Source of the DNA: Actinomycetes bacterium
Lineage (GTDB): Bacteria > Actinomycetota > Acidimicrobiia > Acidimicrobiales > Ilumatobacteraceae
Reading direction: 5' to 3'
Length of the DNA stretch: 38,686 bases
NCBI GenBank assembly: GCA_031422355.1
Contig: JANOQU010000199.1
Location: 1-38,686 of the forward strand
This document shows positions 24,604 to 31,814 of this stretch, piece after piece (positions within the stretch are counted from its first letter, which is position 1; every line of letters begins with the position of its first letter). The notes beneath the pieces were generated by a model. That model ran no database searches, was not told where the DNA came from, and saw only the letters and a program-made list of their open reading frames with translations. Made by a program: the position numbers and the translations under genes.

Positions 24604-24662
24604 GCGCCCGAGCGCTCCGCCGATACCTGAATGTGTCCAAAGTGGGTGGGAGGGAGTCAATC

Positions 24663-26552
24663 GTGGATGTGGTTCGCCCGTCGTCGTCCCCGACGCGCCC
24701 GTCCCTGAGCACACGTCCACAGCGGGTCGCCGTCGCGGTCGGGTTGATCCTCGCCGCCGTCGTGACCGTCCTTGCCGGTTTCGAGGTCGGTTCGCAGGAG
24801 GCGGTCGGAGCAGAGACCACCACGACATCGTCAACGATCGTTGCGACATCGACGACGATTCCCGGACCGTTGCTTGCACTGGGGGCGTTCCCAGTCCAGG
24901 GCAAGTGTTCGTTTATCGATACCTATGGGGCACCCCGTTCGGGCGGCCGCTTGCATGAAGGTGTCGACATCATGGCCAAGGCTGGCCAATACGTTTACGC
25001 CGTCGCTGCCGGCACGCTGACCAAGCAGTATCTGGACACGCCTGGTTCACTGTCCGGCTACGGGTGGCGGCTCACCGCGTCCGACGGAACGTATTACTTC
25101 TATGCCCACTTTTCGGGCTTCCCGCCTGGACTCGCGGTCGGCGACAAGGTCGTTGCGGGCCAGATCATCGGCTACGTCGGTGAGACTGGCAATGCCGGAA
25201 CGCCGCACCTCCACTTCGAGATCCACCCGGGCGGTGGGGTCCCCGTCAACCCGACGTCGAGCATCAAGGCGATCGACGGATGTGCGGTGACGACGATCCC
25301 GACCGTCGCGACGAATCCGCCGAACCCGAGCGGCGGCCAGGACATCCCCGCAACGGTGCCGACCACGCCGCCCACACTCGCGCTCGCCGTTCGAATACCG
25401 GCCACCGAATCGACGACCGAAACGCCGACGACGATCCTGCCGACAACACCGGCAACGACTCCCGCCACGACCCCGGCCCCGCCCACGACACCGCCTGCGA
25501 GTACCGATCCGCTTGGAACCGGTCGCTGGACGTTCGTCGAGCCAGTCGTCGTGTTCAATGGCTCTGGCGCGACGGCGCTTGTCGCAGGCGTCACCAAGCA
25601 GATCACGGTGGGTGGTGTCTCTGGCCTGGCCGCGTCGTCGGCGGCCATCATGGCGAGGGTCTCGGTCACCGCGTCGGCCGCTGGCAACGTGGTCGTCCAT
25701 CCGTGTTCGGCGACGGCGCCACAGACGACGACACTGTCGGTCGAGCCGGGGAGAATGGCGATCACCACTGCGATGACTCCGGTCGTTGCCGGCAAGATCT
25801 GTGTCACTGCTGGGATGGCTGCGAATGTCAAGGTGACCGTGACGGCCCAGGCTTCGGCGACGGGCGCCGGGCTACGGCCGTTGACGACCGTTCGGGCACT
25901 CGACACCCGACTGGCCAACCCGATCTCGGTTCGGTTGAAGGCCGCTCAGAAGGTCACGTTGTCGCCAGCGATGTTGGCAGCGTCGGCGTCTGCCAGGGCG
26001 GTCACGGCGACGTTCACCATCGTCAACCCGTCGGCGGCGGGAAACCTGGTGATCGCAGCATGCGGCGGTACCGAGGTCAATGCGCCGTTCATCAATACAT
26101 CCGTGACGTCGTTCAGCCTCGTGGTTCCGATGAACGGCAACGGTCTGTGCGTCTCCTCAAGTGTTGCCACCGATCTTGTCGTCGATGTCGATGGCGCTTG
26201 GGAGCCAGACGCGCCAGCGATTGCAGCACTGGCTCCGGTCCGTGTGCTTGGCACGTCCACTGTTGCGGCAACGACTGGCGCCACCCCGACGGCGGTTGCA
26301 GTCGCCGGCGTCGTGGGTTTGCCGCCGGCGTTGACATCGGCGAATCTCAATGTCACCTTGATCGGGGCAAGCGCGGTCGTCTCGGTGTTCGTATGGCCGT
26401 GCGAACAGGCCCGTCCGGCGGCGGCCGTGGGTGCTGTGGCCGCGTCGAAAAAGGCCACCTTCGCCGTCTCTGCAGCGGTCGCCAACGGCCAGGTGTGCGT
26501 CGCCACCGATGAAGCGGCTTCGGTCTTCGTCGACGTGAGCGGTGCCGGTTGA
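24663..26552 (+). CDS. Membrane-anchored M23 (LytM-type) metallopeptidase with a Pro/Thr linker and three C-terminal repeats of about 115 aa
   Basis: GTG at 24663 with GGGAGGGAG 6 nt upstream. TM anchor VAVAVGLILAAVVTVLAGF. M23 motifs RLHEGVDIM and GNAGTPHLHFEIHPGG. PT-rich linker (about 25293-25514). Three repeats follow, each with P-C...G-x-[ILV]-C-V. Confidence 0.8.
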   Translation: MDVVRPSSSPTRPSLSTRPQRVAVAVGLILAAVVTVLAGFEVGSQEAVGAETTTTSSTIVATSTTIPGPLLALGAFPVQGKCSFIDTYGAPRSGGRLHEGVDIMAKAGQYVYAVAAGTLTKQYLDTPGSLSGYGWRLTASDGTYYFYAHFSGFPPGLAVGDKVVAGQIIGYVGETGNAGTPHLHFEIHPGGGVPVNPTSSIKAIDGCAVTTIPTVATNPPNPSGGQDIPATVPTTPPTLALAVRIPATESTTETPTTILPTTPATTPATTPAPPTTPPASTDPLGTGRWTFVEPVVVFNGSGATALVAGVTKQITVGGVSGLAASSAAIMARVSVTASAAGNVVVHPCSATAPQTTTLSVEPGRMAITTAMTPVVAGKICVTAGMAANVKVTVTAQASATGAGLRPLTTVRALDTRLANPISVRLKAAQKVTLSPAMLAASASARAVTATFTIVNPSAAGNLVIAACGGTEVNAPFINTSVTSFSLVVPMNGNGLCVSSSVATDLVVDVDGAWEPDAPAIAALAPVRVLGTSTVAATTGATPTAVAVAGVVGLPPALTSANLNVTLIGASAVVSVFVWPCEQARPAAAVGAVAASKKATFAVSAAVANGQVCVATDEAASVFVDVSGAG

Positions 26553-26605
26553 CCGGTTTGGAGACCGGGTTGGGTTGAGTGATGCTGGTCGACCGCCCGC
26601 CCGAA

Positions 26606-27466
26606 TCAGCCGCCGATGCCGCGTGAATCCTGCTTGAGGGCCGTGTCGACAGAGAGCGCAGCGGCGACGACCAATGACAACAGTGGCTGGGCCAACTGAG
26701 TGTGAAATTGGACCACGTAGTTGTCGGCGGTCGTGAACAGCGTCTTGGCGATGCCCTCGAAGGTCTTGGTGATCCGGGCGACCTCCGTGCCGTTGTGATC
26801 GTCGATTCGGAAGTTCCAAGCTCGCCAATTCTCGGCGTTGATCGACCCGAGCTTGCTGCCGCCGGCTTCGAGACTGAAGTGGATCTTGCCGAACACGTTG
26901 TCCTGAACGATCCGGCCGATTTCGGTGCCGGCACCGTCGGACACGATGATCGTCGACTTGAACACTTTGCCGGGCCGTGTCAGTTGCAATAACGGCTGGC
27001 CGTTGTTGTCACTGATCAGCAGCTTGTGGGTCAGGAACTGGTCGAGGTTGCTGACCAACCGGAGCACCTTTTTGGCAGCCGACTGACCGACCTGGTTGAC
27101 GGCCGCGAGTTGCTGGCCCTGACCGTCGAACACGCTGTACTGGCTGTTCAATTCGATCAGCTTGGCCTTCTGGTTGACCACCAGAATTGGCTCGTTGAAA
27201 ATGTTGCCGCCACCTTGGAATGCCTGGCCGGTGATTCCGGCACCGCGGTAGCCGGTACCGCTCAATTGCGCGGCGATCTTGGTTGGATCGCCCTCGTTGC
27301 CCACGGTGAGTGCGCTGTCGAGGCGGTCGAGACCCTTCTGCTGCAAAGGATCGACACCGGCCACCCCGTTGTCGCTGACGTGCTCGGTCCAGTTGGCGCC
27401 GTCCCAGTAGCGCAGTTGATGGCGGTTGACCGGGTCGGGGTACCAGTTGGGAGGAGTCGTACTCAT
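26606..27466 (-). CDS. DUF2510 (N-terminal) / phospholipid-scramblase-family (LURP-one/Tubby-like fold) protein
   Basis: The N-terminus PNWYPDPVNRHQLRYWDGANWTEHV is the DUF2510 motif. The body LVVNQKAKLIELNSQYSVFDGQGQQLAAV...NWRAWNFRIDDHNGTEVARITKTFEGIAKTLFTTADNYVVQFHTQL...LSLVVAAALSVD matches the scramblase-family pattern. Confidence 0.65.
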   Translation of the reverse strand: MSTTPPNWYPDPVNRHQLRYWDGANWTEHVSDNGVAGVDPLQQKGLDRLDSALTVGNEGDPTKIAAQLSGTGYRGAGITGQAFQGGGNIFNEPILVVNQKAKLIELNSQYSVFDGQGQQLAAVNQVGQSAAKKVLRLVSNLDQFLTHKLLISDNNGQPLLQLTRPGKVFKSTIIVSDGAGTEIGRIVQDNVFGKIHFSLEAGGSKLGSINAENWRAWNFRIDDHNGTEVARITKTFEGIAKTLFTTADNYVVQFHTQLAQPLLSLVVAAALSVDTALKQDSRGIGG

Positions 27467-27491
27467 GCCCAGAGATTAGTACGGCGAATTG

Positions 27492-27998
27492 TCAGCGAAG
27501 AGTGTGGGCCATCAGGATAACTTCGCGGGCGAACGGATCCAGTTGGCGCTCTGCGATTCGCTCGGTGATCATGATTGCCTGGGACGGATCTTCGACGAGG
27601 CCACTCCAGCGGATGTAGCCGCCCATGATGCCGATGATCCGGTCGCCGACTTCTTCGTTGTGGACAATCACCTTGGTGCCGGCATCCAGCAGCACCTTGA
27701 GTTCGGTGTAGAACGACTTCAACCAGACCGCGAGATCCTCGCCGGTGAAGGGCCGGTGACGGTAGTTGACGCCAAGTTCTTCGTAGTTGTGCAAGTTGTG
27801 CGGTGCCGGAATGATCGAGATCAGGATTCCGAACCCGTTCTCGCGAACCCAGATGATTTCTTCTTGGCGACGGACCCGGCGGTGGTTGTCGCCGTAGCCG
27901 CCGGGGCGTTCACAGACCGCCAGCTTGTCCTTCAACACCCAGGTGAAATTCCGAGGTGTGATTCCGAGGGCCCACTTACCGCGTAGACGTGGCGGCAT
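27492..27998 (-). CDS. Dual-specificity-phosphatase-like protein with the P-loop cysteine replaced (HNEEVGDR)
   Basis: ATG at 27998 preceded by GAGGTG. The layout (...CERPGG...ENGFGILISII...YEELGVNYRHRPFTGED...GTKVIVHNEEVGDRIIGIMGGYI) parallels DSP/PTP-like domains. The codons at 27639-27662 read CAC AAC GAA GAA GTC GGC GAC CGG, which is H-N-x5-R instead of H-C-x5-R. The 314-aa ORF in the track was trimmed to this start. Confidence 0.6.
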   Translation of the reverse strand: MPPRLRGKWALGITPRNFTWVLKDKLAVCERPGGYGDNHRRVRRQEEIIWVRENGFGILISIIPAPHNLHNYEELGVNYRHRPFTGEDLAVWLKSFYTELKVLLDAGTKVIVHNEEVGDRIIGIMGGYIRWSGLVEDPSQAIMITERIAERQLDPFAREVILMAHTLR

Positions 27999-28050
27999 CA
28001 CTTCACCTCGAGATCGACAAGGAAACGGACAGGTACATCGGCGGGTCAGG

Positions 28051-28938
28051 CTAGCGGGGCGAGGTGCCATCCAGCGAGAGCCGCTGATGGTGGCGACTGA
28101 TTCGTCGACCGTCGTTGGTTTCACACGCCTGGGCATCGCCGCGGGCGACCGCCAGCACCCGTTCGACGGTGGCAAGATCGGGCGGGTGCTCGGCTGCGAG
28201 CCATCGGCGCACGGCCCGTCTTGCGAGCGCGACAGGTGCACTGGCGAGGGCGATGGCGTTCGTTGGGTCGATTGCGCTTGCAGCGTGATCGAGAAAGTCG
28301 TTGTCGTCTCGCCACACGTCGGCCTGGCGGACGAGCAACGGAACGAGGTCACGTCTCGACAGTTCGTCCATCTGCGGTAGCAGTTCGTGGCGGACCCGAT
28401 TGCGCAGGTGAACCGGGGAACGATTGGATGGATCATCGACGGTTTCGATTCCTAGCGCTGCGCACAGGGCGTGCGTCTCGGACCGACGCACCTGCAACAG
28501 TGGATGCCCGCCTGGCCGCATCCCGCTCATCCCGGCCGCTGCCCCGCCGCGAAGCAAGTTGAGCAGCATCGTCTCGGCCTGGTCGTCGGCGGTGTGACCG
28601 GTGAGCACGCCTGGACCGAGCACGCCTCGGCGGGCACGACGCGCCCGTGCCTCCAAGTTCGGTCCGGGTTCGACGACGGCTGTCTCAGCGCGGAATGCCG
28701 CTCCGAAACGCTGCGCCGCATGAGCCACCAGAGTCGCTTCTTGGACTGACCCGGCGCGTAAGCCGTGGTCGACATGAACAACGGTGACGTGGCAGCCGGC
28801 CGCAGCGGCGAGAGCAAGTAACGCCATCGAGTCCGGACCGCCTGACACCGCAACCGTGACCGTGTCGCCGGAGCGAAGCAGTGGGCATCGCTTCAACACC
28901 GACGCAATCAGCGCGTCGACAGACGATTCCTCAGCCAA
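28051..28938 (-). CDS. tilS: tRNA(Ile)-lysidine synthetase
   Basis: PP-loop VTVAVSGGPDSMALLALA, VVHVDHGLR, TGHTADDQAETMLLNLLRG. The start is uncertain: TTG at 28938 overlaps the upstream stop by 8 nt, and ATG at 28992 is the alternative. Confidence 0.85.
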   Translation of the reverse strand: MAEESSVDALIASVLKRCPLLRSGDTVTVAVSGGPDSMALLALAAAAGCHVTVVHVDHGLRAGSVQEATLVAHAAQRFGAAFRAETAVVEPGPNLEARARRARRGVLGPGVLTGHTADDQAETMLLNLLRGGAAAGMSGMRPGGHPLLQVRRSETHALCAALGIETVDDPSNRSPVHLRNRVRHELLPQMDELSRRDLVPLLVRQADVWRDDNDFLDHAASAIDPTNAIALASAPVALARRAVRRWLAAEHPPDLATVERVLAVARGDAQACETNDGRRISRHHQRLSLDGTSPR

Positions 28939-30040
28939 CGGTCTGACCGGTCCCGACCCGGTCCAGCCAGAGGTCGGGGGACCGGATCTCATCGAGACTC
29001 GGCAGGTTCTCGACCCGTTCCCAGCAACGGTCAACGGCTCGGTCGCCGCCGACGGCTTCGATCGCCGCGATGAATCGTTCGCCCGCTGCGTATTGATTGA
29101 GCTTGCCCTCCAGACCGGTGAGGCGTTGAACCAGTCGCGCCAGCGGGTTGGCTTGCCGTCGGCGCTCGCCGAGCACGAGCGAAAATCGTGATGCTGACGG
29201 GATGAGATCCGCTCCGGCTCGATCCATCACGACGTCACCGTGTCCCTCGAGCAACGACATCAATCCGCCGATCTGGTCGAAGACGCCACGCTGCTCGGTC
29301 GTTGCGATCATCGCAACCAGACCGCCGTCGCGTAGTCGTTGCTGTGCCGCGCTGCGATCGCGTGCAACGTCACGAAGTGCGCCGAGGAGCTGCCCGGGGT
29401 CTGGTTCGGCGAGCTCGAGAGTGCGCTTGACGAGGCCGATGAAGTGTTCGTGCATCCACGGCACCCCCGTGAACTGAGCGCGATGGGTCAGTTCGTGCAA
29501 TGTGACCCACAACCGAAATTCATCCGGTGCAAACCCGAAACGGTGCTCGAGTGCCGTCATGTTCGGTCCGACCAGGTACACAGCGCCTTCCTGACGCTGA
29601 TTGCTCTCGGTGCTCTGGCCGAGTAGCAGGTCGTATTGGCCAAGCACCCGTCCGCTCATCCAACCAAGCAGCGTGCCGAGCTGGGCTGCGGCCAGTTGGC
29701 GCGACGCTGCAGCCAGGGGCCCGCCAACGAGTCGCGACCGCGACGAACTGGTACCGCTCAGCCGTTCGAGCAATGGCTCCACAAGACCGCGAAACGACGC
29801 GATGTTTGCTCTGATCCAATCCGCCCGGTCGATCACGTGGACAGTGGCAGGCCCGTACGACGAACGGAGACCGGTGGTTGCGTACACCCGCTCTTCGGCG
29901 ATTTCGGCCAACTCGACGAAGTCTGCCGACGACATGGAGCCGTTTGATCGGCCTCCCGCCTGTTTCTCCGTCGAGTGCTGACGGGCTGCGATTCGTAACG
30001 CGATCTGCTCTGCTCTGATCCAGTCGACCGGCGAGCTCAT
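28931..30040 (-). CDS. Zinc-dependent metalloprotease (DUF2342 / F420-biosynthesis-associated family)
   Basis: The HExxH motif lies in TLHELTHRAQFTGVPW. This family conventionally sits upstream of tilS in Actinobacteria. Confidence 0.75.
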   Translation of the reverse strand: MSSPVDWIRAEQIALRIAARQHSTEKQAGGRSNGSMSSADFVELAEIAEERVYATTGLRSSYGPATVHVIDRADWIRANIASFRGLVEPLLERLSGTSSSRSRLVGGPLAAASRQLAAAQLGTLLGWMSGRVLGQYDLLLGQSTESNQRQEGAVYLVGPNMTALEHRFGFAPDEFRLWVTLHELTHRAQFTGVPWMHEHFIGLVKRTLELAEPDPGQLLGALRDVARDRSAAQQRLRDGGLVAMIATTEQRGVFDQIGGLMSLLEGHGDVVMDRAGADLIPSASRFSLVLGERRRQANPLARLVQRLTGLEGKLNQYAAGERFIAAIEAVGGDRAVDRCWERVENLPSLDEIRSPDLWLDRVGTGQTVG

Positions 30041-30059
30041 ATCGGTTGGTGCCGCAGCG

Positions 30060-30218
30060 TCAGTTCTCTTCGGAGTTTCGTCGGCCGTTCGGATACTTCG
30101 CAGCCGTCACGGTCTTGATGTAGCCGGCGATCAACGCAACGCCGATGCCGGCACCGCTGAGCGCCAGGATCAGTCCGAGCCACCAGTGAAAAATAACTGC
30201 GATCACGGAGCCGAGCAT
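30060..30218 (-). CDS. Candidate 52-aa small membrane protein (below the ORF-track size cut-off)
   Basis: My own translation of the minus strand gives MLGSVIAVIFHWWLGLILALSGAGIGVALIAGYIKTVTAAKYPNGRRNSEEN. That is one long hydrophobic stretch followed by a basic tail. GC3 is about 76%, against about 55% for the overlapping 70-aa ORF in the track. No clear SD sequence. Confidence 0.4.
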   Translation of the reverse strand: MLGSVIAVIFHWWLGLILALSGAGIGVALIAGYIKTVTAAKYPNGRRNSEEN

Positions 30219-30256
30219 AGCCAGCCGGGTCGCTGATCGAGCAGTCCATGTTGGAG

Positions 30257-30274
30257 CCGCCGAACGTGCGGCGG
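30257..30274 (-). terminator. GC hairpin downstream of rsrA
   Basis: CCGCCG-aacgtg-CGGCGG, 30-47 nt past the rsrA stop on the minus strand. Confidence 0.3.
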
Positions 30275-30303
30275 GCGTCGATCGGAACGGGAATCAGGTT
30301 GGC

Positions 30304-30567
30304 TCAGAACTTGAAATCGGAACTGACGTCGTCCCCGAAGCACTGCTCGATCTTGAGCATCAGACCGGGAGGCATCTCGTCGTTGTGGCATTTAGCAGCG
30401 ATGACCGTTCGCAACTCGGCGTGGAAGTCGTACGCCTGCAGGCAATCCGGACAGCCCTCGAGGTGATGGTGGATGGTGGTACGGGCGCCATCGGACAACT
30501 CTTTGTCGAGGAAGAGTTCGAGCTCTCTCAACGTGTCATTGCAGTCGTAGTCGTTGCATTCAGCCAT
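30304..30567 (-). CDS. rsrA: Zinc-associated anti-sigma factor (ZAS), RsrA/RshA-type
   Basis: Small Cys/His-rich protein with the ZAS motif H-x3-C-x2-C (HHHLEGCPDC) plus an N-terminal Cys (MAECNDYDCNDT). It lies immediately downstream of the sigH-like gene. Confidence 0.88.
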   Translation of the reverse strand: MAECNDYDCNDTLRELELFLDKELSDGARTTIHHHLEGCPDCLQAYDFHAELRTVIAAKCHNDEMPPGLMLKIEQCFGDDVSSDFKF

Positions 30568-30654
30568 GTTCTCAGGGTTCCGATGTCGTGATGCTTGTTG
30601 AGTTGCCGGCGGCTGCGATGGAGGTGTGATCTGACGGTTGGTTGATCGACGCGA

Positions 30655-31218
30655 TCAGCCCACGCTCGCTGGCGAAGTCGTATAACAGCTTGTGCATCTG
30701 TTTTCTTCCCCGATGCAGATGCTCATCACGGTGCCGACCGGAATGTCCAACATCTCGGCGATTTCTTTGTATGCGAACCCTTCGACATCGGCCAGGAGCA
30801 CCGGCAACCGGAAGGTCTCGGGTAGCTCTTCGAGCGCCGCTTTAACTTCGTCGTCGGTGAACATTTCGAACATCGTGTCTTCGGCGCTGCGACTGCCGAG
30901 CGCGCTATCGAGGATGCCGATGCGCTTGTAGAGGTAGAGGTCCTCGATGTTGTCCATCCCGGTCTCGTCCGGTCGACGTTGCTTGGCGCGGTACTTGTTG
31001 ATGAAGGTATTGGTCAGGATTCTGTACAGCCAGGCCCGAAGGTTTGTGCCCTCCTGGAACGTGTTGAAGCTGCGCCAAGCCCTCAGATACGTGTCCTGCA
31101 CCAAGTCTTCGGCGTCGGCGGAGTTTCGTGTCAGACGCATCGCAGCTGAATACAACTGAGGTGCGAACTGCATGGCCTGTGTTGAGAAGTCGTCTCGTTC
31201 GGCCATGCTCGCCGACAC
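30655..31218 (-). CDS. sigH: ECF sigma factor SigH/SigR-like; the C-terminus (region 4.2) is apparently frameshifted
   Basis: Region 2 [14 protein letters not shown]...[16 protein letters not shown]. Region 4 [35 protein letters not shown]. The frame then reads [11 protein letters not shown]..., whereas the alternate frame reads [22 protein letters not shown] and ends 5 nt before the rsrA ATG. See findings. Confidence 0.8.
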   Translation of the reverse strand: MSASMAERDDFSTQAMQFAPQLYSAAMRLTRNSADAEDLVQDTYLRAWRSFNTFQEGTNLRAWLYRILTNTFINKYRAKQRRPDETGMDNIEDLYLYKRIGILDSALGSRSAEDTMFEMFTDDEVKAALEELPETFRLPVLLADVEGFAYKEIAEMLDIPVGTVMSICIGEENRCTSCYTTSPASVG

Positions 31219-31796
31219 TACTCGGGGGTCGTCAGCCGGGACAGATCCTTGACCACCTCGTCCAACTCACAAACGAAACGGACCATCAAGTCGGCGAGCT
31301 CGGCACGTTCGTGACTGTCGAAGACGCTCATCAGCCGACTGAGCACGTAGCCACGGCGCTCATCGACTTGTCGATGCAGATCGCGGCCGGATTCGGTGAT
31401 CTGAACGATCACCACTCGACCGTCCTCGCTGTCCGTCAATCGCTCGACCAACCCCGTGCCCACCAGGCGCTGGACAGCACGAGTCGCCGTCGATGGATCG
31501 ACGTGCAGCGCGAGCGCCAGTTCACTCATCCGCCACGACGGCTTACGGATGAGAACGTCGAGGGTGTCCATCTGTCCGTATTCGAGAGCTTCCGGCGTGA
31601 GTCCGAAGAAGTAGTCGCGAATCACGGTGTTGCTGCCCCCGCGCCGAAGTTCGCGCCACGCTCGACCGAGTCGCACAGCGACGTCGAGGTCGACCGGATC
31701 GGTCAAGTCGACGTGACTTCTGCCGTTCCCTGACGGCTCGACCGAGTTCCCACCGGCCGAGCTTGGTTCGAGCACCCCTGACCCCACCTGCTCCAT
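31218..31796 (-). CDS. MarR-family transcriptional regulator
   Basis: Winged-HTH core [51 protein letters not shown]. The stop TAG overlaps the GTG of sigH by 1 nt (TAGTG). A start at ATG 31796 is chosen to avoid overlap with the divergent gene, but it is uncertain. Confidence 0.75.
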   Translation of the reverse strand: MEQVGSGVLEPSSAGGNSVEPSGNGRSHVDLTDPVDLDVAVRLGRAWRELRRGGSNTVIRDYFFGLTPEALEYGQMDTLDVLIRKPSWRMSELALALHVDPSTATRAVQRLVGTGLVERLTDSEDGRVVIVQITESGRDLHRQVDERRGYVLSRLMSVFDSHERAELADLMVRFVCELDEVVKDLSRLTTPE

Positions 31797-31814
31797 CAAC
31801 GTAGGGTACAACTC

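Noticed and set aside
24498-24662. A possible ydaO (cyclic-di-AMP) riboswitch upstream of the M23 cell-wall hydrolase, as is often seen before actinobacterial wall hydrolases.
   Set aside because: The 165-nt region lacks the conserved ydaO blocks I recall (the CGCTxAATC-like, GGGGACCC and GGGTGAATC elements). It also has to accommodate the divergent epimerase promoter. Only a simple 7-bp inverted repeat is present.
25293-25514. A low-complexity ACG/CCG-rich DNA segment that might be a tandem nucleotide repeat or contingency locus.
   Set aside because: It encodes an in-frame Pro/Thr-rich linker (TTPATTPATTPAPPTTPPAS). The DNA units are imperfect and explained by codon composition. There is no exact tandem repeat array.
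30037-30249. A 70-aa minus-strand ORF whose TGA overlaps the metalloprotease ATG (ATGA), suggesting translational coupling.
   Set aside because: Its third-position GC is only about 55%, and the product is Arg-rich with no features. The overlapping 52-codon ORF in another frame (30060-30218) has much better coding statistics and a coherent hydrophobic product.
30568-31500. I searched for SigH/SigR-type promoters (GGAAT-N18/19-GTT) upstream of sigH, rsrA, tilS, hemA and other genes in the window.
   Set aside because: Every GGAAT I found (for example 904, 7779, and the minus-strand copies at 28926 and 34794) lacked GTT at the required spacing. No promoter call was made.
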